Below, piece by piece: positions 6,140 through 10,819 of a stretch of 10,819 nt of DNA. How positions within the stretch are numbered: position 1 is the stretch's first letter; each line of letters opens with the position of its first letter. The stretch is taken from positions 1 through 10,819 of the forward strand of contig JAYZAC010000165.1 of the NCBI GenBank assembly GCA_036339875.1, read 5' to 3'. Under the pieces are notes generated by a model. It saw only the letters and a list, made by a program, of their open reading frames with translations. It ran no database searches and was not told the origin of the DNA. The position numbers and the translations under genes are program-made. The stretch is from a bacterium. GTDB lineage: Bacteria; Muiribacteriota; UBA6191.

Positions 6140-8671
6140 CTATTTTTCAAAAGGTGTTTGAGCTAACCTGTTATGCATAACCCAATTACAAAAGCTTTTG
6201 AAATCTTTCCAGTCGTTTTTATTCATCCATTGAGACGGGACTTTAACCTTATATTGAGATTGTAGTCGATTTACTATTCGCACGATAGACATAGAATCAA
6301 GTTCTTCTAGCAATAAAGAATCGTCTGTTGGCTCATTCTCAAGAAACTCTTTTAAAAGTTTTTTCATTTCATAAACAATATTCTCCACTACCAATGTGAT
6401 TTTTGAACTTTCAGTTATTTTTTTGATAGGACCAAATAGGCATCCCATTTTCGCCTCTACATGATCTTGAAATAATTGTTGTACATTTTTAAGATGACTT
6501 ATATCTCTGATGTAATTCTGATCAAGAATTAATTTTTGATTAGTTATTGATTTCCAGTAATCAATTACCCTTATAGGTGAATTAGTAAGTAACTGTTTTC
6601 GATATTCTTGAGCTATAAGTATCCTCTGACTTTGATCGGCTTGATAATGATAATATAATTCATTACTTAAGTGCTTTTGGGATAAGAATCGAGGATGAGG
6701 TTTTAATCCCTCTCCAGGTGGAGGAGGCAGAAGCCAGCAAAAATTGAGCAGCGAATAATTTTGTTTTAGATTAGAAATCCACTGAAAATGTTTTTGTAGT
6801 ACAGCTGAGGTAGATTCTAAAAGACCCGTCGCTTTTGTTCTCATCCAGAAAGGAATAAGATTTCGAATGTCTTGTTCACCAATAAAGAAGATCACAGTAC
6901 TGAATTCAGGTAAATTTTTTAGGTTTTCGTGAATTGCTTCAATGCGACCATCATAATAAATGTTATCGGCACTAATAATTGGTATTTGTCTCAAAAAAAC
7001 ATTTTGTGCGGTACTATCGCCATTGTAGAGTTCATCTGATTGATTCCAAGAATAAATGTGAGAATCTCCGATTACCAATACTGGTTCGTGTATACTTCGG
7101 TTAAATTTTTCTAAATTTGGTTTGCGTGCTATTTTTCCACTACTAGTTTTACGTAGCCAACCTCTTGGTAGTAACTTTGTCTTTTTTATATCAAAATCTA
7201 GATAGGCCTTTAATGTGCGTTTTAATTCGGCTTTAATTAATACTACATCCACAGTGTCTTCGACTTCTGCTAAAACAATTATCTCCTCTGTTGATTCTTG
7301 TCTATTCCACTGCGATAGTGCAACTGATCTGCCCTTTACAAAGCCAGGAATTTGATCGATTAATTTTTCTAGATTTTGAGGAAAAATATTAATTCCTCGA
7401 ACGATCATTAAGTCGCTTTTACGGCCGCAGATGTATAATTCTCCATCATGGATGAAGCCGATATCACCAGTATCAAAATAGCCTCTTTCATCTAATATTT
7501 TCCTACTATCTCCAAGATAATTTGATAAGCAGGAATCACCTTTGATTTTAATGGGTCCAATAGAATCAATCGGGCAGTTGATTTCAGTGCCATCCAAGGC
7601 TCCACCGCAAGAGGTAAAAAGGGTGGATTTTTGTGGATCTTTAGATAGAACAAATTCATTTTTAAGATAAGCCTCAGAATCCAGACTCACAAATTGTGCT
7701 GAGTTCCGCATATCAAAAACCTTATGGGTCATAGCAAAAGTATTTTCAGCCATAGCATAAGTCGCAGCTAAACAATCTGGTCTAAGACCACGATTTTTGA
7801 AGGTTGTATAAAACTTTTTAACAGTTTCAGGAATTACGGGTTCGGCACAGCTAGATATCATTTTCCATGAGCTTAAATCAGTATCTAAGTCTTTGCATCT
7901 TTGTGACAGAAGCTCAAAAGAAAAATTAGGCATCCAAGAGTGTGTTGCTTTGAGATTTTGACCATCAGTGAAAAACAATGACGGAGCATTGATCCAGTCA
8001 AAAGGGCTCATCATGTGAAATTTTTTACCCTGAAAAAGAGGATAAAGCGTAGCGGCAATAAGTCCCATATCATGATAGAGAGGTAGCCAGCTCAGAAGGT
8101 AATCTTCAGAATTCATCTTGATACAGTTTTGAAGATGTAAAGTGTGTTTGTAGGTAGATCCAAAATTAAATTGCATTGCCTTGGGAATACCGGTACTGCC
8201 CGAACTAAATTGAATAAAAGATGGGTTCAAATTGGTAACTTTAATTTCTTGAAGGTTTCTTGAAGATTGTTGTTCGTAATCTTCGACTACAAAGGCTTGG
8301 GATGTCTTTTTGAACATATCATTTTCATGTTCATCAATAACGATTCGACTGACATGAAAGTTGTCTAAAATTTGAGATAGCTTGGATTGATAATCTTCTC
8401 TGGAAACTTTATTTGAGGGGTAAGCCACAAAAGCTGGTCGCAGATTTAAACTTAAACTGCTCAGGAAAAGTGGTACAAGGTCATCAATTTTAGATCTGGC
8501 AATCAATATTGCCGAATTTTCAGTCAGGTCGCTTAATTGGTTTCTGAAGAATGCTATCTTAGAGTATAAATTTTCAAAGTTCTCATTAATAATCTTATCT
8601 TCATAGCGATAGCTATAACATAGTTTATTTTTATATCTTTGAAAGCTATTGATGAGTTCTTGAAAATTCAT
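6140..8671 (-). CDS. Multidomain protein: fatty acyl-AMP ligase-like adenylation domain + SGNH/GDSL-like domain + C-terminal acyl carrier protein domain (about 843 aa from the ATG at 8671)
   Basis: Adenylation motifs: FIQFSSGSTGIPK, SWLPLYHDMGLI, MPNFSF, CAEPV, YAMAENT, FDTGDIGF, GELYICGRKSDLMIVRGINIFPQNLE, RKTSSGKIAR. Next come VLVIGDSH (Ser at 7061-7063), FFIGEQD and DISH (6494-6505). Last is LEELDSMSIVRIVNRLQSQYKVKVP (Ser at 6293-6295). I prefer the ATG at 8671 because it lies 4 nt after the upstream stop, whereas the ATG at 8752 would overlap the upstream gene by 77 nt. Confidence 0.85.
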   Translation of the reverse strand: MNFQELINSFQRYKNKLCYSYRYEDKIINENFENLYSKIAFFRNQLSDLTENSAILIARSKIDDLVPLFLSSLSLNLRPAFVAYPSNKVSREDYQSKLSQILDNFHVSRIVIDEHENDMFKKTSQAFVVEDYEQQSSRNLQEIKVTNLNPSFIQFSSGSTGIPKAMQFNFGSTYKHTLHLQNCIKMNSEDYLLSWLPLYHDMGLIAATLYPLFQGKKFHMMSPFDWINAPSLFFTDGQNLKATHSWMPNFSFELLSQRCKDLDTDLSSWKMISSCAEPVIPETVKKFYTTFKNRGLRPDCLAATYAMAENTFAMTHKVFDMRNSAQFVSLDSEAYLKNEFVLSKDPQKSTLFTSCGGALDGTEINCPIDSIGPIKIKGDSCLSNYLGDSRKILDERGYFDTGDIGFIHDGELYICGRKSDLMIVRGINIFPQNLEKLIDQIPGFVKGRSVALSQWNRQESTEEIIVLAEVEDTVDVVLIKAELKRTLKAYLDFDIKKTKLLPRGWLRKTSSGKIARKPNLEKFNRSIHEPVLVIGDSHIYSWNQSDELYNGDSTAQNVFLRQIPIISADNIYYDGRIEAIHENLKNLPEFSTVIFFIGEQDIRNLIPFWMRTKATGLLESTSAVLQKHFQWISNLKQNYSLLNFCWLLPPPPGEGLKPHPRFLSQKHLSNELYYHYQADQSQRILIAQEYRKQLLTNSPIRVIDYWKSITNQKLILDQNYIRDISHLKNVQQLFQDHVEAKMGCLFGPIKKITESSKITLVVENIVYEMKKLLKEFLENEPTDDSLLLEELDSMSIVRIVNRLQSQYKVKVPSQWMNKNDWKDFKSFCNWVMHNRLAQTPFEK

Positions 8672-8675
8672 AACA

Positions 8676-10424
8676 TTAATTAAACTTAAAGATTCGAAAA
8701 TTATCATTAATAAGATGATGATAGCGATTATAAAAGGGAATACTTCTCTCATCCGATACTAAATAAAGATGTCCGCTAAGAGTGTTGTCTTTTAATTCAT
8801 TTTCGTTAAGCCATCGAATTTCATAACCTTTACCATTGAAGTATTGTTCTAATGCTTCTAATTTGTTATTTACACCATATAAATAGATTGGTTCCCCCTT
8901 GTTTTGTTTAAGAAACTGCGGGCATATTCGCTTGAAATAATCCCAATCAAATTTTACGGGAGGACGAACGAATAGATCTTGATAGTTCCGGCTATACCAG
9001 TCGAAGTTTAATTGTTTTTTGTGTAATTTAAAGAAACTTAATCGACCTCTAAAACAGCCTAAAAATTCCGATTCGATTCCTAAATTTTCCAAAGCTCCGA
9101 TGTCTATCAATTCATTTTCTTCAAGTATTAGTAAATCGGGTGTCAGTTCTACAATGCGATTCCAAAACTCTTCTTTGAATTCTGGCATGAATTCCTGTTC
9201 CTCCGAAGACGTAAATACCATCATAAATTTTACGGTTTGTAAAAATGTAGAGAACGGTCTGCAATCAAATAGAAGATAGATCTGATAACGCCAACCACCA
9301 TGCCAAACGACTTTACTCTCTCTTAGGATTTTTTCAAAGTTTGTTCCATGCAATTGATCTACAATTTCGTTAAATAATTTTTGATGTTCTAAGATTTTAG
9401 GCCAGTGCTGCTCTTTGCGTTTTTTCCAGCGAAGAATTGTATAGCTTATAAATAAAAATATAGCTATGGCTGGCATCCAACTTCCAAAACTTTTTAGGCC
9501 AAATGCAGCTAGAATGGCTAAACCTGGGGTTAATGCAATATAATGATAGTGGAAAAACCCTCTCTGAATAATAATACCAAGAATTTCAAAAGCCCAAAAT
9601 GCTAATGGCCACCATAGATTTTGACTTATGCAAGATACAACCCCTATCGAAGCTAAAATTAGTAATGCGGAGTTCTCCCACAAAATTTGTTTTAGACTGG
9701 GGAAAAGTAATCTCTTCCAAGCGTACCAATTATCATTTCTTGAACGATAGAAAGCCTTAAATCCTAGCCAACTGAATCTAAAAATACCTAAAAATTTTAG
9801 GAAAATTACATAAGCAAATAATGAAAATATTACTCCTAGAAGACCTTCGCTGATAGCAGTTAAGAGAGACACTTCTTGTAGATACCACCACGCATAAAGC
9901 AGTAAAACTTCAATCGCGACATTTAGTTTAAATAAGTAACCTATGAAAAGTGCTATTGCAAGTTTCAACCAAGCGCTCATTGATAAAAAATAAATTAAAA
10001 GAATCCATGGTAAAAAGCAGATTCCGAATAATTCGACCGTATAAATATAGACACTACCATTACTCGAGGTAGATGCCGCTATTACAAAACAAACTATAAA
10101 AGCATTTAAAACCTCAGAGCTAACTCCTAGTTTTTGAAGTAAAATCCAATAGCCTGGTATTGAAATTAATAAACATATAATTTGGCTTAATCTGGAATGT
10201 TGTTTCACTGAACAGAAAAATAAAACTTTTTTGAAAAATGCATAAATGAATATTGCTGCAGAGCGAAAACCACCGTTATGTAGAATCAAATCATGATCTA
10301 ACTTTTCGTCCTTAAAGTGACCCCAATTTCCAAAAAATCCGATGTCTCCATGTAGAGGCAAATGGAAAAAGAAAACCCTATTAATTACTAGAAAGATTAC
10401 TGCGATGATTTGAAGTTCGGGCAT
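8676..10424 (-). CDS. Polytopic membrane protein, putative GT-C-fold (ArnT/PMT-like) polyprenol-phosphate-sugar glycosyltransferase with a soluble C-terminal region
   Basis: Roughly 9-11 hydrophobic segments (estimated by eye) in aa 1-332. An Asp follows the first TM (PLHGDIGFF), and YTVELF, LFK and FFHYHYIALTPGLAIL resemble GT-C membrane glycosyltransferase motifs. About 250 soluble aa follow. It sits directly downstream of a DPM1-like GT2. The CDS itself is confident; the function is tentative. Confidence 0.6.
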   Translation of the reverse strand: MPELQIIAVIFLVINRVFFFHLPLHGDIGFFGNWGHFKDEKLDHDLILHNGGFRSAAIFIYAFFKKVLFFCSVKQHSRLSQIICLLISIPGYWILLQKLGVSSEVLNAFIVCFVIAASTSSNGSVYIYTVELFGICFLPWILLIYFLSMSAWLKLAIALFIGYLFKLNVAIEVLLLYAWWYLQEVSLLTAISEGLLGVIFSLFAYVIFLKFLGIFRFSWLGFKAFYRSRNDNWYAWKRLLFPSLKQILWENSALLILASIGVVSCISQNLWWPLAFWAFEILGIIIQRGFFHYHYIALTPGLAILAAFGLKSFGSWMPAIAIFLFISYTILRWKKRKEQHWPKILEHQKLFNEIVDQLHGTNFEKILRESKVVWHGGWRYQIYLLFDCRPFSTFLQTVKFMMVFTSSEEQEFMPEFKEEFWNRIVELTPDLLILEENELIDIGALENLGIESEFLGCFRGRLSFFKLHKKQLNFDWYSRNYQDLFVRPPVKFDWDYFKRICPQFLKQNKGEPIYLYGVNNKLEALEQYFNGKGYEIRWLNENELKDNTLSGHLYLVSDERSIPFYNRYHHLINDNFRIFKFN

Positions 10425-10818
10425 ATTTTAAAGCTTCTTTCACAATGGCAAAAACATCTTGCCAGCGAACGGTGGATTGTCCTTCGGTACGCATTACATA
10501 ATCAATGGGAATTTCTTTTATCTTGGCACCTTTTCTGGTCGATTCAATAACAAGTTCAGCATCAATAAACCAGCCGTTTGATTGAGCATTTATTTTATCT
10601 ACTAAGTCTGAGGAAAAGACTTTAAAGGAAAAGTTAATCGTTTGATAATTGACTCCAAATAGAGAGTTAATAAATATTCGATAGCCAGCTGTGTAAAGAT
10701 ATCTAATAAAAGAGTGCCGCTCCCCAATTCTGGCACCCAAAATAAAATTATAATCTTTGGATTTAATGTATTTAAGTGCATCAATGAGAAACTCTAAGTC
10801 GAAGGGTTGATCGCATTC
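10381..10818 (-). CDS. GT2 glycosyltransferase, DPM1/ArnC/GtrB-like (polyprenol-phosphate sugar synthase type); N-terminus lies beyond the window edge
   Basis: The frame stays open upstream of the track's TTG (10740) to the window end: ECDQPFDLEFLIDALKYIKSKDYNFILGAR. It continues with TINFSFKVF, GWFIDAELV and IKEIPIDYVMRTEGQSTV, matching the DPM1-like pattern (GSR ... D...GFK.F ... GF.FD.E ... I.EVP..Y..R..G.S). Overlaps the next gene by 44 nt. Confidence 0.85.
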   Translation of the reverse strand, partial: ECDQPFDLEFLIDALKYIKSKDYNFILGARIGERHSFIRYLYTAGYRIFINSLFGVNYQTINFSFKVFSSDLVDKINAQSNGWFIDAELVIESTRKGAKIKEIPIDYVMRTEGQSTVRWQDVFAIVKEALKYARTSNHRSNLSSN

Positions 10819-10819
10819 A

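Noticed and set aside
6140..8671. Calling the fusion an NRPS/PKS module or a true Dlt system
   Set aside because: No condensation, ketosynthase or MBOAT (DltB) domain is in the window, and the adenylation motifs (SWLPLYHDMGLI plus the insertion) are FAAL-like rather than amino-acid A-domain or DltA-like.
8672..8752. Hydrophobic 27-aa N-terminus (MREVFPFIIAIIILLMIIF...) suggesting a membrane anchor or signal peptide on the A-SGNH-ACP protein
   Set aside because: It overlaps the upstream gene by 77 nt in another frame, while the ATG at 8671 sits 4 nt after the upstream stop. An ATP- and ACP-dependent enzyme should also be cytoplasmic. N-terminal proteomics would settle it; an inner-membrane anchor is not fully excluded.
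9019..9279. 86-aa plus-strand ORF
   Set aside because: Antisense to the membrane protein gene, with a Ser/Asn-rich composition typical of shadow frames.
10602..10784. 60-aa minus-strand ORF in an alternative frame (possible frameshift in the GT2)
   Set aside because: The GT2 frame is continuous to the window end with plausible family sequence, so no frameshift is needed.
1..10819. CRISPR arrays, tRNA/rRNA genes, IS elements, tandem repeats
   Set aside because: The window is almost fully coding, the largest intergenic gaps are 111 and 82 nt, and I saw no periodic repeats, transposase motifs or cloverleaf structures.

Overview
Bacterial, AT-rich window with two halves. The left half (+ strand) is core nitrogen metabolism: the 3' part of a glutamate synthase large subunit gene (gltB, truncated by the window edge), then overlapping argG and argH. 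The right half looks like a surface-glycan or glycolipid modification locus made of two convergent units. On the + strand are a small hypothetical ORF and a translationally coupled CgeB/Glyco_trans_1_2-type glycosyltransferase. On the - strand is a tightly packed run: a DPM1/ArnC-like GT2 (truncated), a polytopic GT-C-like membrane protein, and an unusual three-domain protein. That protein joins a fatty acyl-AMP ligase-like adenylation domain, an SGNH-type Ser/Asp/His domain and a C-terminal acyl carrier domain. This fusion, set among lipid-carrier glycosylation genes, is the main candidate for an undescribed glycan-acylation system. I saw no RNA genes, CRISPR arrays or mobile elements. All family assignments come from reading motifs by eye, not from database searches.
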